A model generated the notes under the pieces. That model was not told the origin of the DNA. It saw only the letters and a list, made by a program, of their open reading frames with translations, and did no database searches. 64,000 nt of DNA from Lobosporangium transversale (taxonomy: Eukaryota): positions 310,001-374,000 of the forward strand of contig NW_019029002.1 in the NCBI RefSeq assembly GCF_002105155.1. The letters run 5' to 3'. Below, in pieces: positions 1-11,762 of the stretch. The translations under genes were made by a program, and so were the position numbers. The first letter of the stretch is position 1, and each line of letters opens with the position of its first letter.

Positions 1-3000
1 CTCGTTCATTACGCTTTAGGATAGGGCTCTTGGTATCAATTTGCAATGAGGATCCGCCATTCTGCTGTCTTCTAAAACCACCTGCTTCAACCTCGAACAT
101 TGAACCTGAGACCTGAGTGTTGGTTGATATGAAATGGGAGGATTCAGTCTCACTCTCCATCTTGGAGACTGCCTTGCTTGTCATTGTCGTAGTTTTGTGT
201 CCAACCTTTTGCAAGCTGGCTGAAACTTCTGTACTTTCTGTTTCATCTGATCTTTGCGAGCGTGAGTCGCTACTAGTGACACTAGCATTAGTAACCGCAC
301 TAGAACTCTTGTTTGTAGTAGTCTGGCTTTGTGTAGTAGTTCGCTGCTCCTGTTGGGCGCTAGTTACTTGGGCATCAGATGTGAGGCGACTAGCCCCTTG
401 CGTACTACTGAGTGTAACAGCTCGGCGACCCTCTTTGCCAAAATAGCTTCCCGATCTGGGTCCAGCAGGGATCTCAAACATCTTTTCTCCACCAACCGTG
501 CTAGTGTTGGAGGTAGAGCTAACTTCTACGCCATCCTTAAACTTGCGACGAGTGATTGTTGTTATTACAGTAGTTCTGACGAACCTATATGAGCCGGGTG
601 TGGTCATTTTGACAGTGGATGAGGCAGATGAAATGGACGAGCTGCTCAAGGCTGCAGTTGAAGTCGCTGTCGTACTGGATTTACGGCCCACTATATTGTC
701 CTGCGTTGAACTTCTCTCAGCACCTCCAACAGTCGTATGGCTGCCTGTTACCGTAGACAGTTGTCCCTCAGAGCCTTTGGTAGCTTGTCCTGCACGTGTT
801 CTACCTGGTTGAGCATTCTTTTCTGTAGTATTAGTGACAGCAGTGTCTGTTGCTGATTCAGTAGACCGATGAACTATACCAGACCGGTTTTCAGTAGCAA
901 TTGCGATCCCCGCTGTGCCAACAGCAGCAGCAACAGCCGCTGCGGCTCTACCACCAGCCCTTTGTATCGCCGTAATATTCGTTGGTTCTTTGTTAGTAGC
1001 GCCAGCGCCACCAAACCATGAAATGTCTCTTGTAGTTCGACGATCCTGTCGAAGAGGAAGAGCAATATCAATCTCGTCATCCTCAATCCGAAGCTTCTTT
1101 TTAACCAGGGATACATTAGGAGGATCCCAGGCATTCCTAAACGTATAGGATGATTCTTCTTGCTGCTTCTGCCGTTGTAGTGCTCTCATTCTTGCGAGCT
1201 TAGCTAGCCTGATCTTCTCGAGTCGCAGCTCTTCCTCCTTGATTCGAGCTTCCTCTTGTTCCTTAGCCCATCTCTCTTCCTCTTCTAATCGTTTCCGGAC
1301 AATCTCGGCCTCATATTGTTCTTGGCGTTGTCTAGCTTCGTATGCAAGCATATCCTCAAGGCCATACCCCTTCCGAATACCCCCAGCGCTACTCTTGCGA
1401 CTCCTTGGCCGTCTCTTCTCAGTCTGTCGAAGAATTGATAACTGAACTCCTCGGTCAATATCCCAGGCATTGACCAATCTGAAGTTCTCGAATGCTTGAC
1501 TTCCAGTCATTTGCTCATGCGCTTCCTCTTTCCTACGGTTTTGCTCATACCGTGCGTACTCTTGATGTCTAATTTGCTCAAGGGCTGCCTCCTCAAGTTC
1601 AAGACGCTTGATTTCCTCTAACTTCTTTTGACGTCGTTGTCCCTCTGCTGTAGCAGCATAATTGTAATATCTTCGAGTGGGCATTCTAGGGCTCTTGGGC
1701 GCGTTCGAATCAGTAGGAGTCTCCCAGGGGAAGACAGGTTTGCCCTTACCAGATGGCACAGGGGTGTCTTCTCCATTCGTTGTATCTTCAATCACTAATG
1801 GGACTGGCTTCATTTCTGGATGAGTCTTCCGTGGATCTTCAGGTAGATCCCATGCGTTGGGGTAGTACATATCAGGAAGACCCACGGGCTCGGGTATAAT
1901 GCCATTGAAGCTAGATCTCCTGTCATCAACATGGGAGTCAATGTTAGTAGGAAGACGGTAGCGGTAGTCTGTGAGGTGATGTGGATTAGTTTCCTGGCCG
2001 ATTGAGGGCTCTGAGCCCTCAGAATGAGGATAAGTTTGTCTTCTCTCTGGACCATTGACATTTTCATTAGAGTCGTGTTGGTGTGAGTCTGATTGAGGTA
2101 GCTCAGGGATCTTGGGAGGAGGAGGAGGGGGTTGATAATGATAATCAGTTAGATGGTGAGGATTATGGGGGTATTGTGGTTCGTGATGTTCGTGATGTTC
2201 GTGATGTTCATGACGCTCCTGATACTGATGAACCTCATGGTGATAACTTTGCTCTTGATGGTTATGACCATGGTGCCGATCTACTCTTTCGGCTATACGT
2301 GGCGGAATAGGAGGCCGCCATTGTTCCTGGTGGCTAGGCTGATGAGCATCAGTTCCACCCCCATCTGCATTGTGATGGTGCTCATGGTGATAGTCCTGTT
2401 GATGATGTTCTTGGTGGGGATGTTCATAATGTTCTTGATGATGATGCTGCTGCTCTTGCTGTTCCTGATGGTGATGCTCCTGATGATCGTTATTGTGTTG
2501 CTCTTGATGGTGATACTCGTGGTGATGCTGGTGATGTCCTTGATGTTCTTGATGATGTTCTTGATGGTGTTCTTGATGTTCTTGATGATGTTCTTGATGA
2601 TGTTCTTGATGGTGTCCTTGATATTGATGCTCCTGGTGGTGATGATGCTGGTAGTGCACTACTGGGGGAGGAGGCTGCTGCTTCTGACCTTGGTGGTCAT
2701 AAGGCTTAAACCAGCCTTCATAATGGGGTGGTTTCTCAATCTCTGGCTCATGGGTTTGGCCATCTAGGCCAATATAATCCCATTTGCTTTTTGGCGGTAG
2801 ATCGTAGCCATGCTCTACCTCATGAATATCGGATGGCTAGGATGGAAATATAAACATGTGCGGTAAGTCTCTAACATGGCAAGGAGATAAGGGAGGACTT
2901 GTTTCTTTTGATAATATATTATATGTTTGTTGCACTTTTTTTTGTAGAACCTCTTGAACACCCATGGATTCCCTCCATTTCTTTTTTATCTTTGTTTGTT

Positions 3001-4817
3001 CCTGCATACATCCGACAATTTGTAGTCCGCCAAATAGATAAAGAAATTTCAGAGAGTACAAAGCACAAACATCCCCTCTCAGAAAAGAGCTCAGGCCATC
3101 CCCATCCTTTCCGAGGATTGCTTCAAAGAATGAGAGCCCAGAAATGGTATCAAGAATATCATCACTGATAAAGGAATTTAGAACTCAAATAATAAAAAAC
3201 TCAGATTAAGCAGCATTGTGCTTTCAATTCCTCTCGTTAAATTCATTACTCAAAGCATGTACCGATGAAAGTTGAAGAGCTGACATACCTTGCCTCCAAC
3301 ATACTGGTCAAAGACATTCCACCATTGCTGAACAAGCGATATCGAATCTGTAGAAGAGGTGTTCCGTGGGAAGACTGTTCCATCAGCAAAGCGGAGCCAC
3401 TGCCATGGTTTGAAAGTGCCCACAAAGTGAATGACCGCTAGTTTATCCTTGTATTGTTGGAATGCAGGAGCATAGCTAAGAATAACAGTAATTTACAACA
3501 GTATTAATAACAGTGTACCGAGTACCAGTGATCTTTTTTTCTTTTCCCAATAAAAATAAATAAAATAAAAAGCATAGAAGAAGAGAGGAGTGATGCCGTG
3601 TTTTCGCTGATAGGATTTCATTGAATGAACTAATATAGCCAAGAAAGTAGCGATTCAGCTAGCAAAAGAAGATAGAGAATTACCCTATCCCTCCTGTTAC
3701 ACCCTTTGCTGGTTACTTTCACGATTGACTCCACCAGGCTTCTTTTTTTTACCCCTGCATTTTGGCATGAAAGCAATTTAACATTCCCTCGCACCGATCA
3801 ATCAGTTTGTCGCATGGGAGTGGCCCTTTCATGTAACTGTATAACCAACCTGTATGGTAAATCCGCATACCAAGCCTGAGCACATTTATCTTCATGTGTC
3901 AACGTAGGGATATGGGTATTTAAACGATGTCATCATTATCTCCAAAGAAATAAAATATAATAAAATAAAAAAGGACTTTGTGTCCCTGAATTCAATCTCG
4001 ACAGATACAAAACTGAAAAACTGAAAATGTCAATAAACTAGCTCCGCTCACCTGTAAACAGAAGTAGGCGTTGTATTGTAGATGAAAGGAAGGCGGTTAC
4101 TGACGTCGCCTCTAGACCAGCCATCAAAGTAGCTATTAAGCAAACCTTGATCACCACCTTGAATCATGATAAGTAGTCAACGATATAGAGTAAAGAAAAA
4201 AGCTCGTTAACGCTTGGGAGCCTTGCCAATCAAAAGGTAAAAAAAAAAACTTTCTTTCCTTTTAACGTCTTCATTAGATGGGAGGTAGTTAGAATGAGAA
4301 ACATACCATCAAAGGTGCCCTGTTGTTCTGCCACCTCAATCAACCCCTTGTAATCTTCATACTTGGGTCGACAAACAAACACTCCAGAATTGAAGCAATC
4401 GGGCCACCCTGCATCGGGAGCCGCTGCGAAGCGTGTGTTGCGGTCTGGGTCGTCCAATGCGCCGTTGGCTGCAGAGTCAAAGAGCTCATCAATGTTTCGC
4501 ATCACGAGCGTATCAGCATCCAGGAAAATGACCTTTGAGTACTGGGTTTGGTTGAAGACATGAATTTTTGTCAATGTGATGCCTAGTTCGGGTCTTCCAA
4601 GTAATTGTAGATTCTTTGTGGAATGAGAATCGATCTCACCAATCTCGATGACAGCATCGTAGACTTGTGCGATCCGGTCACGAATGGGGCGTGAGACATT
4701 AGCTGTAATGAGAATGGCAAGCTTCTTGGTAGTATGGGCCGCACGGAGCGAGTGACCGAGCACAAGTGCGCCACTAGCGTAGTTATTATTGGTGAGGAGG
4801 GTAATGTAGGCCTCCAT
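1..4817 (-). CDS. Glycogenin (GT8) with very long C-terminal extension; 3' end runs off the window
   Basis: Exons 4817-4307, 4157-4052, 3475-3289, 2836-<1 with GT-AG introns and consistent phases. Motifs: AYITLLTNNNY..GALVL, FLDAD (DxD), APDAGWPDCFNSGVF, FDGGDQGLLN, HFVGTFKPW. The tail contains PVFPWE and NAWD motifs. Confidence 0.92.
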
Positions 4818-5440
4818 GGCAAGATGCCTAATTCTGAAGGAATGAGGAGAATGGAAAATGGACTCTGAAGGATGAAGAAAGAAAGAAAAGAAAAAAAAGA
4901 GAGTGAGTATGAGAGAGAAGCAAAGAGAAAAGGCGACGCGACGAGGACCATCTGATTCGAAAAGTCAAATGATTTAACATGGCAACGGCACGACACTTGC
5001 AAGCCATATCAAAACGCGAGTGACTGACAAGCTTTGCTTTTGCTTTTTTTTTTTTTTGCCTTTTCAGTTTTCTTCTTATTCCAAGTGTTACAAGTGCACG
5101 AGTGTACGGATTTTATTAATGATGAAGAAAATACAGGATCCAAACGGATGGGGTGAGCACAGACAACAAGCAACGAAAAAAAAAAAAAAAAAAAGTATTA
5201 TGTCGTTTGCATGTTTCTTGCATATGCCTTTATGCATGCCACATACTTTCAGCCTAACCTTCTTGCCCAATCTATCTTCCTGCATGTCTACACCTCTGCA
5301 TTAAGGAAAGACATGGATGCCCAATGCGCATGGTCCATCCATATTTGAACATTAACGAAATGAAATCGGATAACTTCGTTCTGATCTAGTACTTTCTACA
5401 ACTGTTATTAGTGATGCTCATAGCCACATAGTGTTGTTAA

Positions 5441-5543
5441 AAAAGAAAAGAAAAGAAAAGAAAAGAAAAGAAAAGAAAAGGGAGCGCGGTACAATACATG
5501 TGAAAAAAAATAAAAAAATAAAAAAATAAAAAAATAAAAAAAA
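5441..5543. repeat. (GAAAA)n and (A6-7T)n simple repeats
   Basis: Tandem aaaag and aaaaaat units read directly. Confidence 0.8.
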
Positions 5544-6223
5544 TACGGTCCTTCCGTTTTCACCCCTCAAATCCCAACTTTGAACATCATTTACCCAACA
5601 CAAAACGCATTGCTTGTTGTACTCTTGTTTGCTTTGTATTAAGGTTACTATCTTTTATCAGTCAGAACCACACGCTTAATGCTCGTATCCGATACAGAGC
5701 AAACAACGATAAACAATCATAATCATCAGAAAATCCATCAGGAATTGCTAGTAAAAATGGATGTGAGCTTATCGAAGGGGAAAAAAAAAATGGGTTCAAA
5801 AATTTTTATCAATTACATCTAGGACGACAAACCACAAAAGAGGATTGAGTTTCTACATCACGTTCATTTCTATTTCCTCCGTGCAGTTGAAATACAACAA
5901 TTATACATGGACCTGCATAGTTTGGTTAACAAAAAATAAACAAACACCAAACAAACTAAGGAAAAGGACGTGCGCATGTGAGTTGTCTGTTTAATCGATT
6001 GGGAGCTTGATTGTTAGATGGTCTCTTCTTTCGATACTGCGGATGTAGAATTGTAACATATTGGATTTGTCGATCTCCAAGACAAAAACTACAACCGACA
6101 AGGGATCATGAGCACATTGCCCTATCAGGTTCTTCATTCTGTATACTTGAACTTATTTTTTATTTTGTTTGCTTATTTTATGTTATCTTATCTGAGTCTT
6201 AATGGATCTATTCGTGCAGATTA

Positions 6224-9200
6224 TTAATCACTGTCTGTGTCAGGCTAAAGGTTGCCGCCAAAAGAAAAAGAAAGAGAAAGAGAAAGAGGTGTATAAAAAA
6301 GACCGTTAGTAAGAAGGCAATACTATAGTATTTCGTATCAATTAAGGGAAAAGCAAGTAACAGTATTTGCTACTCACCGGCTTAGGAGTTCCCTTGTCTG
6401 AGGCTAGCCATTCCAAATGTCTTAATCGACGGCGTGTTTCCTGTGCTTTAAGCTCGTTTCTTGACTTCTTCTTCTTCTTGTTTACCACCACTATCGGCTT
6501 CTCTGCATCTTCAAAGTTGCCCTCCTCCACCGCTGTCTTACCATTGATCGTTAGGTGGCCTGTGTTCATCGACCATGTCTCAGGACACAATGCGCTCAAA
6601 AACTCATTGCTATGTGAAATCATAATCACAGCTCCTCCCCAGTTGCGAATTGCTACTGCTAGACCGCCCAGCGCTTCACGGTCCAGGAAATTGGTAGGCT
6701 CATCCAAGACCAACATGTGTGGGTTATTCCACATCGCTGCCGCAATCACCACTTTGACCTTTTGACCCCCTGAAAGGCCACTGATCGCATTGTGATCTGC
6801 AATGTCCCCGTCCAGCCCTACATCCTCTAAATGTCGACGAATACTGGATGGTGTCAACTCACGATACCCTAATCCTTCTCTGGACGCCTCCTTATCATCA
6901 AACTGGCGCACTAACTTCTCAAATCCCAATTCCAACAGCCTCTCGCGCGTCATCCATGTGTTAAACTTGTGTACATGATTCTTCCACTTGATCTCGTATT
7001 GATACGATTTCTTTAGCTTCTGGCGGCCCATGATCTGCTCTACCTGTCGCTTGCTACCGTCTTTACCTGTCACCCATGTGTCCATCTGTTTCAGCTCTTC
7101 GGGCGTCATGGCCACTGTAGGCTTTTCAAGCACCTCGCGGTCTGCGCCCCCTTGGTACCGCCATTGAATGTAAGCATTAGGTGTCTTTTCTAGGTGCTGT
7201 TCCAGATGATGGAAGGCATGCTGAGCGACATATCCGATACGGAGATTGGGATGTCTCCATGCGGTTCCCTCTTGAGGCGAGATCTCTCCTGTCAGAAGCT
7301 TGATCATCGTCGATTTTCCGGCACCATTGGGGCCGACCACACCAACGCGCGATGACAACGACAATTGCACAGAGACGTTATGCAGTGAAGGCTTGGAAGC
7401 CCCTGGGTATGTATATGTACAATTGATCATCTTCATGATGGATCTTGTGTTGGATTTGACACCCATCAAGAATGATGGCTTGGGAAATTCAAATTTGACA
7501 GAGGTAGCTGCCAGGGTATAATAGGACTTAGCCTCAGGCTTAAGTTTGACGAACTCTGACAAGTTGCCCTTGTACATCTTAAGTTTCTTGCGTTCAAAAT
7601 GCAGGATATTGGTGCAAACATTGTCAAGAAAAGAAGAGTCGTGCGAGACGATAATCGACGTAACATTAGTCTGACCCACCAGATACTCTTCTAACCATTT
7701 GATGTTCGTAACGTCCAGATGATTGGTCGGTTCGTCCAAAAGCAAGATATCAGCCTTCATAAGCATGGCGCGCGCCAACTCTAGCTTCATCTTCCAACCC
7801 CCCGACAGAGATGCGACCTTGCGCTTTTGCATCTCGTCTGTGAAACCGACAACAGCAAGGGCTTTTTTGAATTCCTCTTCGGATTTATCCGTAATTTTGG
7901 CACCCAAAACAACAAATTCTTCAACGCTCATCTCTCCTTGTTCCCCTTGCAGTGCATGCTCCACAAAGACTGTACGCAGGACATCGGAGGATGGGAAGCC
8001 ATCTACTTTCCCTTGCGCTATTGCGCGCATCAATGTAGTCTTTCCAGCCCCATTGGGGCCACACAGACCATACCGATGTCCACGATGAAGTCTGAGCTGG
8101 GTGTGATTGAGTAACATCATACCCCCATATGCCAACGAAAAATCAATATTGCAGAGCTCCTCGCCTTCTTCATTATCCTCAACAACAGCTTCACCATTTA
8201 GCTTATGATTAAGATCAATGTAATGACTGAGGATGGTCTTGACAACGGCAGCTGCATCGTTCGCAGGCATGAATGCCAGAAAATATGGCGTCACGATTTG
8301 ATTCCACTCTCGTGGTGATAAGTTCTCCTCCTTGATTAGTACGATCGACAAAGCTGCCACATGCTGTTTGACAACATCAAAAAACGCTGGAAAGAATCCA
8401 AATTTGCTAACAGCGCGATTTACAACTGTGCGTGCCTGAGACTCCGTAGGCACGATGGATCCTTCTCGTGTATAAGGGTCAATTCTGGTGGCACCACCAG
8501 CCCTAATAAGCGTGTTTTTTGCAGCAGTAGCCAAGGCACGGATCTCAGGCAGAGCGGCTACGTCAATGATACGTTCTAAACCGGGCAAAAGATCCGGCAA
8601 GAATTGACCAGCTTCTGCTGGATCCTTGACGAGCTTACACAGATTATCAACAATTATAGTAGTCTGACGCTGGATAGTCGAAGACCGTTCATTCAGAGCA
8701 CGTACCAAGAGTGGTACCATAATAGCGAGTGCTGGTCCATGCATGTCTGCCACAAAAGTTGTGGCGGAGAGCTTTTCTATGACTGCTGGAACTTTATCTG
8801 GATGCGCCATGCAGTCACACAAATCCTTGAGATGACGAGAAATATCTGGGTTACCACCCACATTGCACACGCGCAGCATGGTTTTGCTTGCTTGTTCTGC
8901 AACCTATATTTTCAAGAGGATATACAGAAGGGCTCGCTTATTAGGAATTTGATCTTTACAACAGCCTTTCTAGATTTCTCTACGCATACATAAAACGTAA
9001 GGCTTTACCTCGCTTTTTGTGTCCAGAAGACAGTCCTTGACAATAGGAATGATCTCTGGCAAAGCAACGCCAATCTGAATAGGCGATGCATTGGAAAGAT
9101 CCGCTAACAGTTGTAACGCACCAACTTTAGCCTGCCACTTCTTGCCTGGTCCTTTAATGCATTCGAACAATACTGGTAGAACAGTGGGTGCTGACTGGGA

Positions 9201-9629
9201 AGGCATGATGGCTATAATCGCTTCCGCAGCTCTGGCAGCTGCATCCTGTACCACAGGTCCTTTGTCAGCATACAAATCCAGTATCGTAGGAAGCATAGGA
9301 ACCAGGTAGGGCTCTGAGGCTTGACCAATGACATCTGCTAAAGCACATATTCCAATTAACGCTCCCTCGCGTGCAAGGCCAGACTTTTTGTTTTTAGCCT
9401 CTGTCTCCAGATTACTGAGCATGTTGGTGGTTTTAAGATGAATGAGACCATCCTTGACCAATTTAGCAGCCATTGCACGAGCAATGTCATCACATTCCTC
9501 AGAAGTGGGGGCGGTGTAGAGCTGTGAGAGCATCTCGGTGAGCTCGTCCACGTTATCCTTGTTCTTGGCTTGCGTGGACGAGCCTTGAGCAGGAGTCGGC
9601 CCTGCTTGCGATTCAGACGAGGGCAACAT
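6224..9629 (-). CDS. NEW1: eEF3-like ABC-F translation factor New1/Elf1
   Basis: Exons 9629-9009, 8903-6378, 6244-6224. HEAT-like N-terminus; two ABC cassettes (GPNGAGKT/LSGGWKMK/LLDEPTNHLD and GPNGAGKS/LSGGQ/LDEPTNFLD); chromodomain insert GRQKLKKSYQYEIKW; New1-type C-terminus WLASDKGTPKPPDTDSD. Confidence 0.9.
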
Positions 9630-10396
9630 TGGTGATGGCGATGTGTAGTTACAAGCGTGCAGAAATAAGTTTGTGAATGATTTTGTTGTGCGATGCGGCA
9701 CAGACGCAACTTCAACTTCTGCGCCACCTTCTTTTCCTTCCCCTCCTATTGCGTAGCGACACATACCGTTGAAACGGTGCCAGCTTTCTTTTAATAAAGA
9801 ACGCTTGAACTGGCCTGTGCTTACACATTCTGTCGCGTGGGAAAGAAAGCCGTGACACCTTTTCTTTTATTTCAAGTACCGCTTACAACTATTTGACTAC
9901 GCGTACATATTACCTACTGAGCACTTTCACCATGTCTGTTAGAATTTAAAAACGATTAAACCCGATGAACCTTAGTTTGAATACTACAAGCTTTATCTTC
10001 ATTTTTATTTTTTTTATTTTTAGTAGACATATTTTAGTCGAGGAGAGTCGACATGTTTTGTCTCCAGCCACGAAGATAACATTTATCCGCGTGAGAGTAT
10101 GTGCTCTTGAGGATTGATGGATAGATGAATAACAGTAATAGCCTGAAAAAGCATCATCTCGCCAGTTAATTGTTGGGCCATAAAATGCTCCTGGACATGG
10201 CTAACAGAAAGAGAAGTGGCAAACTCTCATATAATAGGACTGCTACGAATTACAAACACTTCATCAGCAGAGTGACCATAGTAGTGAATGTAATCTACAG
10301 ACTACACACGTTTTCGTCTTCAAGACACCTGCTTGTTATCATGACAGGTGTTAGACATCTGGCGTGAATCATATTTCTAATATTCAAACCCTCTTT

Positions 10397-10952
10397 TTAT
10401 TTATTGATTTGCTTATCGTCTTCCTGCAGCAATTGTAATGTCTTCTCGGATATTTTGATCACACTCGTGGGCATACCTGCTAAGCGTGCTACATGAATTC
10501 CATGGGACTTGCGGCATACTCCTGGAATAACCTGATGGATATAAGCAAATGATCCATCATCTTGCCTTTCTATCGTTGTTTGGTAGCATCGTACACGCTC
10601 CAGGGGCTCTTGACCCTTCCACAGTTTTAGGGCCTGGTCTGAACGCACAGCGGCTACAGTCTTCGGTGTTGTTTTGACCCCAAAGGTACCATCGATGGCA
10701 CCAACCATATCAGCGAGCTCATGATAATGTGTTGCAAACAGGGTCCTGCACCTGTTAACATGGTAAAGGTGATGCAGCGTAGCATAAGCAATGGCACATC
10801 CGTCCAAGGTTGCAGTACCACGGCCCACCTCATCCATGATTACAAGTGATCGTTCAGTAGCGTGCTGTAGGATCGACGCTGTCTCTGACATTTCCACCAT
10901 AAACGTTGACTGCGAGTTAGCAAGGTTGTCAGATGCCCCAAGCTGCTTGACG

Positions 10953-10983
<31 letters not shown>

Positions 10984-11731
10984 AAATGGAATGACAGGCA
11001 GCCAGTCCAAAAAGTTTATGCAATCAAAGTTTCGAAGCTTACTCTACTGAATACTTTATCGACAATGCCAAGGCGAGCACTGAAAGCGGGTACAAAGCTT
11101 CCCATCTGGGCCATGATTGTCAGAATGGCATTCTGACGTAAGAACGTGCTTTTGCCACCCATGTTGGGGCTATCAAAGGCCATACCAGAAATAAAATAAG
11201 TAAACTCTGTATGTAGAAGATAAATTCAGTATTCATTGGTTGCCTCTTTATATGTTACCCAGTCAATAGCCAGATCAGTTCGTTCTGACCAACCGAGCAG
11301 TTATTTTCTACGAATTGACGACCTTCGCTTTGTAGCGCCAGCTCTACTACGGGGTGACGACCCGAGATAACAACCGATTCCTCACTAGAAGTAAATTTTA
11401 TATGATAATTATAATTCAATCAATCGAAATACTTTTTTTTTTTTTTTTTTTTTTTTTGTTAGACTGAACATACTAACCTGCTGTTCAGAGTAGGACGAAC
11501 ATAACGACGCTCAAGCATCATCTTGGCAAATGACACAAGGACATCCAACTGTGCGATATATCGGCAGTTCTGTACAATGGCTGTACTCTCCTCTAGAATT
11601 TCTGAGCGCGTGGCACTAAGAATACTCTTCTCTTCTTGGACGATTTGAAATTCCAGTTTCTCAATAGCATCCATGATTTGAGATAATGCCTACACAGGCA
11701 AATAGAGCGAGTGAGCACCATCCATTACTCC

Positions 11732-11762
<31 letters not shown>

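Noticed and set aside
2120..2135. Suspected frameshift in glycogenin at a G run
   Set aside because: A recount shows the frame is intact (CAA CCC CCT CCT).
2153..2767. 204-aa Met/Leu/Val-rich membrane-like ORF
   Set aside because: Antisense translation of the glycogenin His/Gln repeats.
3850..3939. Possible cassette exon in glycogenin intron 2 (CAG/...ACAG/GTTGGT)
   Set aside because: The 26-nt version frameshifts, and the 90-nt version needs a GAG acceptor and starts with a stop; no supporting evidence.
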